Positions 9,478 through 19,184 of a stretch of 57,373 nt of DNA are shown one piece after another. Source of the DNA: a virus (taxonomy: Duplodnaviria > Caudoviricetes); IMG/VR virus record IMGVR_UViG_3300031759_000022, positions 1 to 57,373 of that record; one strand, written 5' to 3'. Numbering within the stretch: position 1 is the stretch's first letter; each line of letters opens with the position of its first letter. A program made the translations under genes and the position numbers. The notes below the pieces were generated by a model. That model worked only from the letters and a program-made list of their open reading frames with translations. It was not told where the DNA came from and searched no databases.

Positions 9478-10110
9478 ATGCCGGTATATATTGATACCCG
9501 AGGTAATTCTGTTCTGTCTGTGGCGGTCTGTGACCGCTGCAACAGAAAGTTTGCCTATGTGGATCTCATGCCAGACCCAAACTTTCCGGGAATGCGTGTC
9601 TGTAAAGATGACTTAGATAACTTTGACCCTTGGCGTTTGCCTGCTCGTCAAACAGAAAATATTTCATTACGATTTCCACGACCAGACCAATATGTTGGGA
9701 CTGGCCCAATTGGTGGCCAACAATTAATTACTGAACCATCTGATAATCCAAATCGTAATTCTGTATTTGTAACACAAACAAGACAAGTTGCAACTACCGC
9801 TGGAAAGCCAGGTGATTTAACAATCGCTGGCGGCCTTTCACCGTTTTCAAATTCAATTGTGCCTATCGTTGAATCTTCTTCACCAAATACTGGCAGCATA
9901 GCCGGTGGTACATTCATAACAGCATTAGGTAACAATTTCGTTGGTGTAACCAACGTCAAACTAGGTGGCATAAACACTGCCTTTACCGTTGTAAGCCCAA
10001 CGGAAATTACATTAACGTCACCAGCTTACGCCATTACCGGTATTGTAGATTTAAGCGTCTATTCAACATTCGGTATTGCTACATTGCATGGTGCATTTAC
10101 TTATACATAA
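9478..10110 (+). CDS. CxxC-containing virion protein fused to an IPT/TIG (Ig-like) domain
   Basis: AVCDRC...RVC N-terminus; SPNTGSIAGGTFITALGNNF...FTVVSPTEIT...FTY is the IPT/TIG pattern. Confidence 0.7.
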   Translation: MPVYIDTRGNSVLSVAVCDRCNRKFAYVDLMPDPNFPGMRVCKDDLDNFDPWRLPARQTENISLRFPRPDQYVGTGPIGGQQLITEPSDNPNRNSVFVTQTRQVATTAGKPGDLTIAGGLSPFSNSIVPIVESSSPNTGSIAGGTFITALGNNFVGVTNVKLGGINTAFTVVSPTEITLTSPAYAITGIVDLSVYSTFGIATLHGAFTYT

Positions 10111-10113
10111 AAT

Positions 10114-12021
10114 ATGGCCGATCAGTCGATATCCCAATTACCCGTCGCGCTAACCTTAACTGGTAATGAGCTGACTGTTGTCGTTCAAAATGGTATTACA
10201 AAGCAAGTCTCCATTGCGCAGATTGCTAATGCCGCTTCTCCAGGTAAATTAATAAGCAATATAATTTACGATCCATCAACTGGAGACTTAACAGTTTATT
10301 ACAGTGATGGCACACATGTTGTTTTAGGGCCCATTTCTGGATACAGCGGCATATCAGGATTCTCTGGTTTTAGCGGCTATTCAGGTTTTAGTGGCTTTTC
10401 AGGTTTTTCAGGCTGGTCTGGTATTTCAGGCTTCTCAGGCATATCTGGGTATTCCGGATCAGGAATAAGCGGCTACAGTGGCTATAGTGGTTTCTCAGGG
10501 CAAGTAGGAATCTCTGGATACAGTGGTATCTCAGGCTATAGTGGCCAATCTGGTTACAGTGGTATGTCTGGCTTGTCTGGATTTTCTGGCATTTCTGGAT
10601 TCTCTGGTTCTGGTGTTTCTGGTTATAGTGGATATAGTGGCTTTTCTGGTATCTCGGGCTACTCAGGCATCTCAGGATACAGTGGTATCTCAGGATACAG
10701 TGGTATCTCAGGATACAGTGGTATCTCAGGATATTCCGGTTCTGGTATATCGGGATACAGTGGATATTCAGGCTCTCCCGGAGCAGGTATTAATGTTAAA
10801 GGTACTGTAGCAACTCCAGCAGACTTACCCCCTATAGGTAATACAACAGGCGATGCGTATATTGTATCCTCTAATAATGATCTGTACGTTTGGAATGGTA
10901 CTGTATGGGTTAATATTGGTCCAGTTCAAGGACCACAGGGTGTAAGCGGGTATTCCGGATATAGCGGCTTATCAGGCATTTCCGGATACAGCGGCTTCTC
11001 AGGTATCTCGGGATTCTCTGGCATTTCTGGTTTTAGTGGATATTCAGGTATTTCAGGATATAGTGGCTTCTCAGGCTTCTCCGGTATACCTGGTGTATCT
11101 GGAGCAAGCGGCATCTCTGGTTATAGTGGCTTCTCAGGGTATAGCGGTCAAGTAGGTATTTCAGGCTACAGTGGATACTCGGGTATTTCAGGATATAGCG
11201 GTCTCTCAGGCGTTTCTGGGTATTCTGGTACCTCGGGGTACTCGGGTTCCGGTGCAAGCGGCTACAGCGGTTTTAGCGGCATCTCAGGCTATTCTGGATC
11301 CGGTATATCAGGCTATTCTGGATATAATGGTTCGGGAGTTAGCGGTTATTCAGGATACTCAGGAATCAATGGTACAAATGGCACTAGCGGTTATTCAGGT
11401 TACTCAGGCTATAGTGGCTCTGGAATTAGTGGATACAGCGGATATAGCGGTAGTGGAATAAGCGGTTATTCAGGCTATTCTGGTTCAGGTATTTCTGGCT
11501 ATAGCGGATTTTCTGGTATATCTGGATATAGCGGTTATTCGGGATTGTCTGTTACAACAAGCGCAAACAACACTTGGACAGGCACTCAAACCTTTAATGG
11601 CACTTCAAGCATATTGGCTGAAGTATTGCTTAATGCTGCTGAAACAACAACAATTTCTGCTACTGCCGCAACAGGCACTATTGCATTTTACCCATCAACA
11701 CAATCTGTTCTTTATTACACAAGTAACGCTTCTGCAAATTGGACTACCAACTTTACTTTCTCCGCTGGTACGACTTTAAATACGGCAATGACTACAGGGC
11801 AATCTTTAACTGTAGCTTTCTTGGTAACTCAAGGAGCAACGGCTTACTATAACAATGTGGTGCAAGTAGACGGCACAACTTCAGGTGTTACTACAAAGTG
11901 GCAAGGAAGTGCCGCACCTACTGCTGGTAATGCTTCTAGTGTTGATGTTTATACCTATTCGATTGTAAAAACAGGCTCTGCTACTTTTACAGTATTCGCA
12001 ACCCAAACTCAGTTTAAATAA
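10114..12021 (+). CDS. Fibre protein with collagen-like (S-G-Y/F/I)n triplet repeats
   Basis: About 380 aa of G-X-S triplets interrupted by a GDAYIV...LYVWNG..WVNIG module; C-terminal globular domain ending DVYTY...ATQTQF. Confidence 0.8.
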   Translation: MADQSISQLPVALTLTGNELTVVVQNGITKQVSIAQIANAASPGKLISNIIYDPSTGDLTVYYSDGTHVVLGPISGYSGISGFSGFSGYSGFSGFSGFSGWSGISGFSGISGYSGSGISGYSGYSGFSGQVGISGYSGISGYSGQSGYSGMSGLSGFSGISGFSGSGVSGYSGYSGFSGISGYSGISGYSGISGYSGISGYSGISGYSGSGISGYSGYSGSPGAGINVKGTVATPADLPPIGNTTGDAYIVSSNNDLYVWNGTVWVNIGPVQGPQGVSGYSGYSGLSGISGYSGFSGISGFSGISGFSGYSGISGYSGFSGFSGIPGVSGASGISGYSGFSGYSGQVGISGYSGYSGISGYSGLSGVSGYSGTSGYSGSGASGYSGFSGISGYSGSGISGYSGYNGSGVSGYSGYSGINGTNGTSGYSGYSGYSGSGISGYSGYSGSGISGYSGYSGSGISGYSGFSGISGYSGYSGLSVTTSANNTWTGTQTFNGTSSILAEVLLNAAETTTISATAATGTIAFYPSTQSVLYYTSNASANWTTNFTFSAGTTLNTAMTTGQSLTVAFLVTQGATAYYNNVVQVDGTTSGVTTKWQGSAAPTAGNASSVDVYTYSIVKTGSATFTVFATQTQFK

Positions 12022-12022
12022 T

Positions 12023-12991
12023 ATGCCACTACTTAATACTAGAGGTGTAGCTTCTGCTAAAGGCTTTGGCTTTGGTGCTAAAGCGGGTATAGTTACTGGT
12101 TCACAATCTTATACAACTGCTGGTACTTACTCTTGGGTTGCCCCCGCTGGAGTCACTTCGGTTTCTGTAGTTGCTGTAGGTGGTGGAGGTGGCACAACAA
12201 CAGGAAGTTGTGCGTGTAGGACTACCTCAGGTGGTGGTGGTGGAGGATTGGGCTACAAAAATAACATTACAATAACACCTGGTTCTTCTTACACAGTAGT
12301 AGTTGGTCAAGCTAATAATTCATACTTTTGCTCTACTACTGTTGTAAAAGGTGGTGGAGGTCAAAATGGGTCTAATTGTGGTAGTGGTAGAGGTGGTGGA
12401 GCTGGAGGCACTTATGTAGGTACTGGTGGAGGTAATGGGGGTACTGGTAACATTTCTGGAGGCAGTACTACCCCAGGTGTCGGTGGTGGTGGTGCTGGTG
12501 GATACTCTGGTAATGGTGGTTGCGGTGGCTCTACTGGAACTAATTGTATTGGAGGTACTCCTGTGGCAGGTACACCAGCTATAGCTGGTTCTGGTGGTGG
12601 CGGTGGTGGTGGTGGTGGTGCGTTTATTAGTAAAATTACTTATTGTGGTTGTTGTGTCTGTGGTCAATTTTGGTTTGGTTCTGGAGGTGGCGGTGGTGGT
12701 GTAGGTATTTTTGGACAAGGTTCTAATGGAGCTGCAGGGACTGTTTCAAAATCTGGTACTAATGCTCTAGCAACTGGTGGTGGTGGTGGTTCTTCTGGCA
12801 CAAATGGAGGCACTGGCGTAGCTTCTTGTAATGCTGCTGGTGGTGCTGGTGGTGCTTATGGCGGTGGTAGAGGAGCTATTTCTAGAACTCTCGCTCAAAG
12901 CCAAATACAGTCTGGTTCTGTTGGCGCTGTCCGCATCGTCTACCCTGGATTAACCCGTCAATTCCCATCTACTTGCGTAGGCTCACCTTAA
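12023..12991 (+). CDS. Glycine-rich virion/fibre-associated protein
   Basis: YTTAGTYSWVAPAGVTSVSVVAVGGGG ... GAVRIVY, the common phage glycine-rich domain pattern. Confidence 0.75.
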   Translation: MPLLNTRGVASAKGFGFGAKAGIVTGSQSYTTAGTYSWVAPAGVTSVSVVAVGGGGGTTTGSCACRTTSGGGGGGLGYKNNITITPGSSYTVVVGQANNSYFCSTTVVKGGGGQNGSNCGSGRGGGAGGTYVGTGGGNGGTGNISGGSTTPGVGGGGAGGYSGNGGCGGSTGTNCIGGTPVAGTPAIAGSGGGGGGGGGAFISKITYCGCCVCGQFWFGSGGGGGGVGIFGQGSNGAAGTVSKSGTNALATGGGGGSSGTNGGTGVASCNAAGGAGGAYGGGRGAISRTLAQSQIQSGSVGAVRIVYPGLTRQFPSTCVGSP

Positions 12992-13005
12992 TTTAGAAAA
13001 ACAAA

Positions 13006-13434
13006 ATGAACTTATATATTCAAACTGAAAACGGAAATGCAATTAATCACCCAGCTTTTGAGGATAACCTTATAGCGGCATTTGGTTCTATTCCTGCACA
13101 TTGGGAAACCTTTATTAGAGTTGAAAGACCTATACCTACTATTTATCAAGTGTTAGATAGTCAAGAGCCAACATATCAAAAAGCGAATGGTGTTTGGACT
13201 GATGTCTGGGCATTGCGTGATATGACTGCCGATGAAAAAGCAGCTAAACAGCAAGCAGCTAAAGACCTGTGGGCGCAAAGACCAAACCTTGCTAACTTTA
13301 GTGCATGGACTTTTAATGAAGTAACTTGTCAGTATGAACCACCAATTCCATGACCAACTGATGGCAACGCCTATCGTTGGGATGGAGCAACTAATTCTTG
13401 GGTAGAGTTTACCCCGCCAACTCAAGTAGGATAA
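13006..13434 (+). CDS. Tail-fibre assembly-like protein, interrupted by an in-frame TGA at 13351-13353
   Basis: Track ORF ends at 13353 but the frame continues PPIP*PTDGNAYRWDGATNSWVEF to TAA at 13432-13434. Confidence 0.6.
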
Positions 13435-13520
13435 TTTATGACTATTTCCCTTCAACCAATGTTGGAACACCATAAAAGTAATATATAATAGAAGTTCTAT
13501 TTAATTTTTAAGGAATCCTT

Positions 13521-14180
13521 GTGAGTGATGCCACAACCCAAGAGCAGTTAAACGCTTTCTATTATTTTCCATCGGGTGTCTATGTTATAGAAAAGCCTGA
13601 GTTCTTAAAAGATGCTAGGGATGCTTGTAAAAAAGCAGTAGCCAAGCAAAAGAAAGAACGCAAGTTAGATGAAATTTACCCTGTTTACATGACAGAGAAT
13701 TTGTTTGACTACAAAGGCATGAGTGAATTATCTGACTATATCGGTCAAACTGCTTGGAATATTCTTAAAGAACAAGGCTACGCAATGGAAGGCTTTAGCA
13801 CAAAGTTTTCCGAGTTTTGGTGTCAAGAACACCATAAGCATTCCGCAATGGATCAACACGTTCATGGTTACGGTTCGCAAATTGTTGGCTTCTATTTTGT
13901 AGATACTCCTGAAAATTGTTCCAGAGCAGTATTTCATGATCCAAGATCAGCCAAAGTGCAAATCAATTTGCCTGAAACGGATATGACCCAAGCAACCCCA
14001 GCAAGCAATATGATTAACTTTGAACCAAAACCCGGTATGCTGATGTTTGCTAATGCTTGGTTGGCGCATTCGTTTACGCGCCATGCTTCTGAAAAGCCAA
14101 TTCGCTTTATTCACTTTAACCTGTACGCAGAGCAAGTTCAGCAAGCCCCAGCTTGCGCTGCCCCTGCGGAGGTTGTATGA
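13521..14180 (+). CDS. 2OG-Fe(II) oxygenase
   Basis: HVHG...IVGFYFV...FHDPR...PKPGMLMFANAWLAH...RFIHFN. Confidence 0.8.
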   Translation: MSDATTQEQLNAFYYFPSGVYVIEKPEFLKDARDACKKAVAKQKKERKLDEIYPVYMTENLFDYKGMSELSDYIGQTAWNILKEQGYAMEGFSTKFSEFWCQEHHKHSAMDQHVHGYGSQIVGFYFVDTPENCSRAVFHDPRSAKVQINLPETDMTQATPASNMINFEPKPGMLMFANAWLAHSFTRHASEKPIRFIHFNLYAEQVQQAPACAAPAEVV

Positions 14181-14410
14181 ATAAATACCGAATCCGGTTT
14201 AACAAATCAAGAGGTCTTGAAGGCAGAGGATCTAAAGATCACGTTTGGAGAGTATTTGAAGGCGATAAAGAATACCTCTTTAAACACTTTCAGCTTAATG
14301 TGCCATCTACCAGCGAAAAAGAAGCCAATTCGGAAGATTGGAATGTAGTTTGCTATGGTATTATGACTATCGACAAAGACACTTCTACAGCGACCATCAA
14401 TGAAATATAG
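14177..14410 (+). CDS. Hypothetical protein
   Basis: MNKYRIRFNKSRG start, ATGA-coupled to the oxygenase. Confidence 0.65.
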   Translation: MNKYRIRFNKSRGLEGRGSKDHVWRVFEGDKEYLFKHFQLNVPSTSEKEANSEDWNVVCYGIMTIDKDTSTATINEI

Positions 14411-15626
14411 CGTTGTAATACCGACTTATAGCAATTGCGATAAATACTTAAAACCCTGTATAGATTCAATTGTTAAATACACCGAAATGACCGACATAGA
14501 GTTGGTCATTTCTGCTAATGGTTGCACTGATAATACCTATCCGTACCTAGCGTATTTGCAATCATCGCTCCCTAACATTACTGTGGTTTGGAACGCCCAT
14601 CCTTTAGGGTTTGCCAAAGCGACTAACGCAGGGATTGAAGCTGCCCTATGCGATAAGATTGTGCTGTTAAACAATGACACGGTATTGTTAGAGCAACCTA
14701 AAAACCGTTGGTTAGAATGGCTTGACCAAGGCGATGTTAGCTATGTCTTAGGGCAGAATTCCCCAATTACTCAGCGGCGATTTGGCATCTTTTTTATTGC
14801 CATGATTCAAAAGAAAGTCTTTGACACCCTTGGCTTGCTAAATGAAGATTACACTACCGGTGGGTGCGAGGACATTGAGTTTTGCTTTGAGGCTGAGAAA
14901 GCTGGATTTAAGTTATCCGAATGCGATAACAAGGGGACTTACCCCATATATCACGCGGCTGAAGGCACAATGCACGACCCAGAGCTAGTTCAAGATTGGA
15001 AACAAAAGTTTTATGTTAACGAATTAAAACTAGCAAAAAAATATAATATTGAGTATTATAAATTTTTATTATCCAATAACTTTGAAAGAGCCGTATTTCT
15101 TAAAGGAGACTTAGTATTCCCAAGGGAAACCCAGCGCTATGAGTGGGCTGCTAAAAATATTTATGGTAATTCAGTATTAGAAATTGGGTGTTCTACAGGT
15201 TATGGCTGCCAGTTTTTTTCAGAAATTAATTACTTAGGAATAGACTATGACCAAGTTATCGTGGGAGTCGCTAAAGAACAAAATTGGAAATCTAGCGCTT
15301 ATTTTGACTGGGCTGATATTAACTCTTATGCTTTTAATCAATATGATACGATTATTGCTTTTGAGGTAATAGAGCATCTAGATAACGGATTAGAAATTGT
15401 TGAAAAGCTCAAGCAGCATTGCAAGCGATTATTAATTACTGTGCCACACAATGAGCCTAAAGGCTTTTGGGGCGAACATCATAAATTGCATGGTTTAAAT
15501 GAAAGCAACTTCCCTGGTTTTGAGTTTGAGTACATTAATCATGCTGGAGACGTATCCAGTCTATTACAGGTAGTAGATAGTAGTAATCTTAGTAATCTTA
15601 TGATTTGCCGGTGGGACAATGAGTAA
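14400..15626 (+). CDS. GT2 glycosyltransferase fused to a class I SAM methyltransferase
   Basis: SVVIPTY, LLNNDT, CEDIEF (GT-A fold), then VLEIGCSTGYG and FEVIEHL (MTase). Confidence 0.85.
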   Translation: MKYSVVIPTYSNCDKYLKPCIDSIVKYTEMTDIELVISANGCTDNTYPYLAYLQSSLPNITVVWNAHPLGFAKATNAGIEAALCDKIVLLNNDTVLLEQPKNRWLEWLDQGDVSYVLGQNSPITQRRFGIFFIAMIQKKVFDTLGLLNEDYTTGGCEDIEFCFEAEKAGFKLSECDNKGTYPIYHAAEGTMHDPELVQDWKQKFYVNELKLAKKYNIEYYKFLLSNNFERAVFLKGDLVFPRETQRYEWAAKNIYGNSVLEIGCSTGYGCQFFSEINYLGIDYDQVIVGVAKEQNWKSSAYFDWADINSYAFNQYDTIIAFEVIEHLDNGLEIVEKLKQHCKRLLITVPHNEPKGFWGEHHKLHGLNESNFPGFEFEYINHAGDVSSLLQVVDSSNLSNLMICRWDNE

Positions 15627-16605
15627 AGTATTGTGCAGTGTAGCAACACGTGGTCGGTACCATACAACGCTTCCACTGGTGTTGAATGCCATCATAAACC
15701 AGTCTAAACCGGTTGATAAGCTGGTTGTCTTTGATGACAACGACGAACCGCAAGACATGCGGAAAGAAATGATTTACCAGTATTTTTTCCAGATGTTAGA
15801 TGCAAAAGGTATTGCTTGGGAGTGGCTATACGCGGATAAAAAAGGTCAGCATTACATTCATCAAAATGCAAATGAAATGGGATATGATTGGGTTTGGCGT
15901 TGTGATGATGATGCTATACCAGAGCCTAATGTGCTTGAAAGACTGGTGGGATACGCCATTGAACTAACTAATGTTCAGATAAAAGTAGGCGCAATTGGCG
16001 GTGCTATTCTTACTCCTCCAAACTTACCTGACACTTCTATATCAACAGGTGATATAGATAGAATTGATTTAGAGCCAAATATTCAATGGAATTACATTGA
16101 AAGAGCTAAAGAAGTAATGCACTTGCATTGCTCTTTTTTGTATAGGGCGGGCGTACACGATTACAACTTAGGGCTATCCAGAGTAGCTCACCGAGAAGAA
16201 ACTTTATTTACCTATGGTATGTATCAAAAAGGATACAAACTATTTGCTGTACCAAACGCAGTAACTTGGCACATGAAAAACCCAGAAGGCGGGATTCGTA
16301 GTGAGACAAAGAAAGAAATGTATGACCATGATGAATTTATATTTAGAAATGTTCTTGAATATCGTAATAAAACCATTGTGGTTCTTAATAGCGGTCTTGG
16401 TGACCATATTGTATTCAATAGGGTTCTTCCTTCAATACCTAATGCTGAAGTGTTTACTTGTTATCCTGAAATCATTCCCGGACGTTCGATAGAAGAGGCC
16501 CGGTATCTATTTGGAAGTTTAGAAGACCATAATATATATAAAAAAATGGACCAATGGAAATGGAAAGATAGTTTAGAAAATGCGTATAGAAAGCTGTATC
16601 TATGA
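15619..16605 (+). CDS. GT2-like glycosyltransferase with C-terminal GT9 N-domain
   Basis: VVFDDN and WRCDDD (DxD); C-terminal VVLNSGLGDHIV resembles the GT9/heptosyltransferase N-terminus. Confidence 0.75.
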   Translation: MSKVLCSVATRGRYHTTLPLVLNAIINQSKPVDKLVVFDDNDEPQDMRKEMIYQYFFQMLDAKGIAWEWLYADKKGQHYIHQNANEMGYDWVWRCDDDAIPEPNVLERLVGYAIELTNVQIKVGAIGGAILTPPNLPDTSISTGDIDRIDLEPNIQWNYIERAKEVMHLHCSFLYRAGVHDYNLGLSRVAHREETLFTYGMYQKGYKLFAVPNAVTWHMKNPEGGIRSETKKEMYDHDEFIFRNVLEYRNKTIVVLNSGLGDHIVFNRVLPSIPNAEVFTCYPEIIPGRSIEEARYLFGSLEDHNIYKKMDQWKWKDSLENAYRKLYL

Positions 16606-17036
16606 TAGTTATTTCCCCATATGCTCAAAAACTAAGAAACGGTAAGTTAAACCCAAAAAATTATCCGTATTGGAAAGAGCTAATTGAATTAATTGATGAG
16701 CCAATTATACAAGTTGGTATAGAGGGCGAAGAGGAATTGGTTCCGGACTTTAAAAAAAACTTACCAATTAAAGAATTGCGCGCTTTAATTAAAGACTGCA
16801 GAATTTGGATTTCTTGTGATAGCTTTTTACAACACTTAGGTTGGGATGAAGGCAAAAAAGGAATTGTGTTATGGGGGCCTTCCGATCCGTTAATTTTTGG
16901 GCACCCAGAAAATATTAACTTACTAAAAGATAGATCGTATTTAGTACAAAATCAATTTATATGGTGGGAAGCTACTGAACACCAAAATGAAAGATTCGTA
17001 AATCCACAAGAAATATTAGCACATTTAAAGGAATAA
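16602..17036 (+). CDS. GT9 (heptosyltransferase-like) C-terminal domain
   Basis: KNYPYW...IIQVG...WISCDSFLQHL...IVLWGPSDP..FG. Confidence 0.75.
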   Translation: MIVISPYAQKLRNGKLNPKNYPYWKELIELIDEPIIQVGIEGEEELVPDFKKNLPIKELRALIKDCRIWISCDSFLQHLGWDEGKKGIVLWGPSDPLIFGHPENINLLKDRSYLVQNQFIWWEATEHQNERFVNPQEILAHLKE

Positions 17037-17039
17037 AAA

Positions 17040-18401
17040 ATGGCACAATCTGGCTACACAGCCTTACAAACATATTACACTACTGTATCAGGAAACCAGC
17101 CGGCGGCAGGGAACTTGGCTGGTGGAGAGCTCGCTATAAATACAGCAGATGGCACACTGTTTTATAAAAACACATCCGGAGTAGTTAAGCTACTAGCTGG
17201 GGGATCGGGTTCTTCTGGCGGATCCGGTTTTTCTGGGTACAGTGGTTTTAGTGGTGCTACCGGAAGTGGTGGATCAGGATCATCTGGATTAAGCGGCTAT
17301 AGTGGCTATTCAGGATTAGGCATATCTGGATACTCAGGACTTAGTGGATATTCTGGTGCGGGTAGTGGTTCTATATTAACCACGGCTAACGCCTTTACAA
17401 ATACAAATACATTTGCCACAACAGTATCTGTTGGTTCAACCAGTACACCAGGTACCTTATATGTTAAAGGTGGTAATGGAAATACCTTACTAATTGACAA
17501 CGGAGGGCAGCAATTTACAACATTTGCGATTTATAATAACGGTATCGAAAAAGCTCAAGCATACTGGGATCAAACTAATTTGTTATTTGCTTTGGGAACA
17601 GATGTAAGCTACCCAATGGTTTTAAGAACAGCAGCAACAGAGCGCATGCGCATAGCTGCATCTGGGGGCGTATCTGTTGGAACACTATCAGATCCCGGGG
17701 CTAATAACTTATTAGTTAATGGAACAGTTCAAGGTAGCACTTTTTATGGCTCCGGTTCTGGATTAACTGGTACCGCTTCTAGCTTGTCTGTAGGATTTGC
17801 TTCAAGTTCTTCTTACGCAACATCTTCGGGCTCTACTTCTTATGCAACATCTGCTGGATCTGCTACCTCAGCTTCTACTGCTGGAGGATTAACCGGAACG
17901 CCTAATATTACTGTTGGTACGGTAACAACCGGCACAATAAATTCATCTGGCACTACACTTAACCTTCAAATTGGTGGCAGCCCATTTATTGCTATGAATA
18001 ATAGCTTTAATACTTTCTTTCCAAATAACGACAATACGGTTTCCTTGGGTGGTGCAAGTAACAGATGGACTACCGTATATGCCACAACAGGAACAATTAA
18101 TACTTCTGATGGAAATGAAAAGCAACAGATTCAGAATTTAACCGTTGCTGAAATTGCTGTGGGTAAGGCATTAAAACCCATACTAAAAAGTTTTAAATAC
18201 AATGATGCAGTTCAAAAAAAGGGCGCTGATGCCCGTATTCACTTTGGTATTATTGCTCAAGATGTCCAAGCAGCTTTTGTAGCTCAAGGACTAGATCCTA
18301 ATAGCTACGGCGTGTTTTGTTCTGATGTACTAACCGACGGAACTGTTCGTTTAGGTGTACGATACGACGAATTATTTGCACTTATTTTAGCAGCAATTTA
18401 A
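17040..18401 (+). CDS. Tail fibre/spike with C-terminal S74 autocleaving chaperone
   Basis: GELAINTADGTLFYK N-terminus, short SGY repeats, TSD..EK...HFGIIAQDV...GVRYDEL. Confidence 0.85.
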   Translation: MAQSGYTALQTYYTTVSGNQPAAGNLAGGELAINTADGTLFYKNTSGVVKLLAGGSGSSGGSGFSGYSGFSGATGSGGSGSSGLSGYSGYSGLGISGYSGLSGYSGAGSGSILTTANAFTNTNTFATTVSVGSTSTPGTLYVKGGNGNTLLIDNGGQQFTTFAIYNNGIEKAQAYWDQTNLLFALGTDVSYPMVLRTAATERMRIAASGGVSVGTLSDPGANNLLVNGTVQGSTFYGSGSGLTGTASSLSVGFASSSSYATSSGSTSYATSAGSATSASTAGGLTGTPNITVGTVTTGTINSSGTTLNLQIGGSPFIAMNNSFNTFFPNNDNTVSLGGASNRWTTVYATTGTINTSDGNEKQQIQNLTVAEIAVGKALKPILKSFKYNDAVQKKGADARIHFGIIAQDVQAAFVAQGLDPNSYGVFCSDVLTDGTVRLGVRYDELFALILAAI

Positions 18402-18431
18402 TAAATTTTTTAACACAACTAAGGAATTACC

Positions 18432-18698
18432 ATGGCATTAATTGACGCAATAGTATCATCAATCCAAGCAGAATTAGAGGCCCTAAAAGAAGCAACTCCG
18501 GCTGCTTCTGTAGCTCCAGCGGTTGTTACCCCTGTAATATTAGAACCAACTCCAGCTGCTTCTATAGCGCCATCGGTTGTTATCCCCGTAATATTAGAAC
18601 CGCAAGTATATAAAGCCCCATCAACAGATATTAACGCGATTACACAACTTGCTTTAGATCAAGCTGCTGCTCGTTCAGTACTAGAGGCGGTAAAATAA
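18432..18698 (+). CDS. Hypothetical protein with an internal 18-aa tandem duplication
   Basis: TPAAS(V/I)AP(A/S)VV(T/I)PVILEP twice; RBS AAGGA. Confidence 0.6.
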   Translation: MALIDAIVSSIQAELEALKEATPAASVAPAVVTPVILEPTPAASIAPSVVIPVILEPQVYKAPSTDINAITQLALDQAAARSVLEAVK

Positions 18699-18699
18699 A

Positions 18700-18930
18700 A
18701 TGGACTTACAGACACTTATAAACACAGTTTTACCACTTATCTGTGTCGCCATCGGTTGGTTTTGTAAAGAGCTTTGGACTGCGGTCCAAGTTCTTAAAGA
18801 TGAGGTGCATGACCTTCGGGCACACTTAGCTGAAAACTATATGCACAAAGACGACTTTTCAGCTCGCTGGGACGAAGTTCTTAAAGCAGTTCACCGCATT
18901 GAAGACAAATTAGATTCGTTAAGAAAATGA
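18700..18930 (+). CDS. Holin-like / lysis-associated membrane protein
   Basis: One N-terminal TM segment plus coiled coil ending RIEDKLD; start of lysis cluster. Confidence 0.55.
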   Translation: MDLQTLINTVLPLICVAIGWFCKELWTAVQVLKDEVHDLRAHLAENYMHKDDFSARWDEVLKAVHRIEDKLDSLRK

Positions 18931-19184
18931 TGAAAAAGATCCTTAATGATCTTTTAACCGGCGCAGATAACAAGACCCACGACATTGCTCGTTGGTCTTG
19001 GATGCTGTCGTTTGTAGCTGTTATTATTGGAGCAGGGTACGAAATGTTTCATAATGATATTCCGTCATTAAAAGACTTTGCCGAAGCCATTGGGATTATT
19101 GCTGGGGCTCACGGTGCAGCAGTTATGCTCAAAAAAGATACAGAGCCAAAGGAGATTAAAGATGTGGAAAACGATATTAAGTAG
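18927..19184 (+). CDS. Putative holin
   Basis: Two hydrophobic segments, charged C-terminus (KKDTEP). Confidence 0.55.
   Translation: MMKKILNDLLTGADNKTHDIARWSWMLSFVAVIIGAGYEMFHNDIPSLKDFAEAIGIIAGAHGAAVMLKKDTEPKEIKDVENDIK

Noticed and set aside
13351-13353. Genome-wide TGA recoding
   Set aside because: Many genes end in TGA with ATGA coupling and core genes are intact under the standard code.
10114-18401. Diversity-generating retroelement acting on fibre genes
   Set aside because: No reverse transcriptase and no TR/VR pair noticed.
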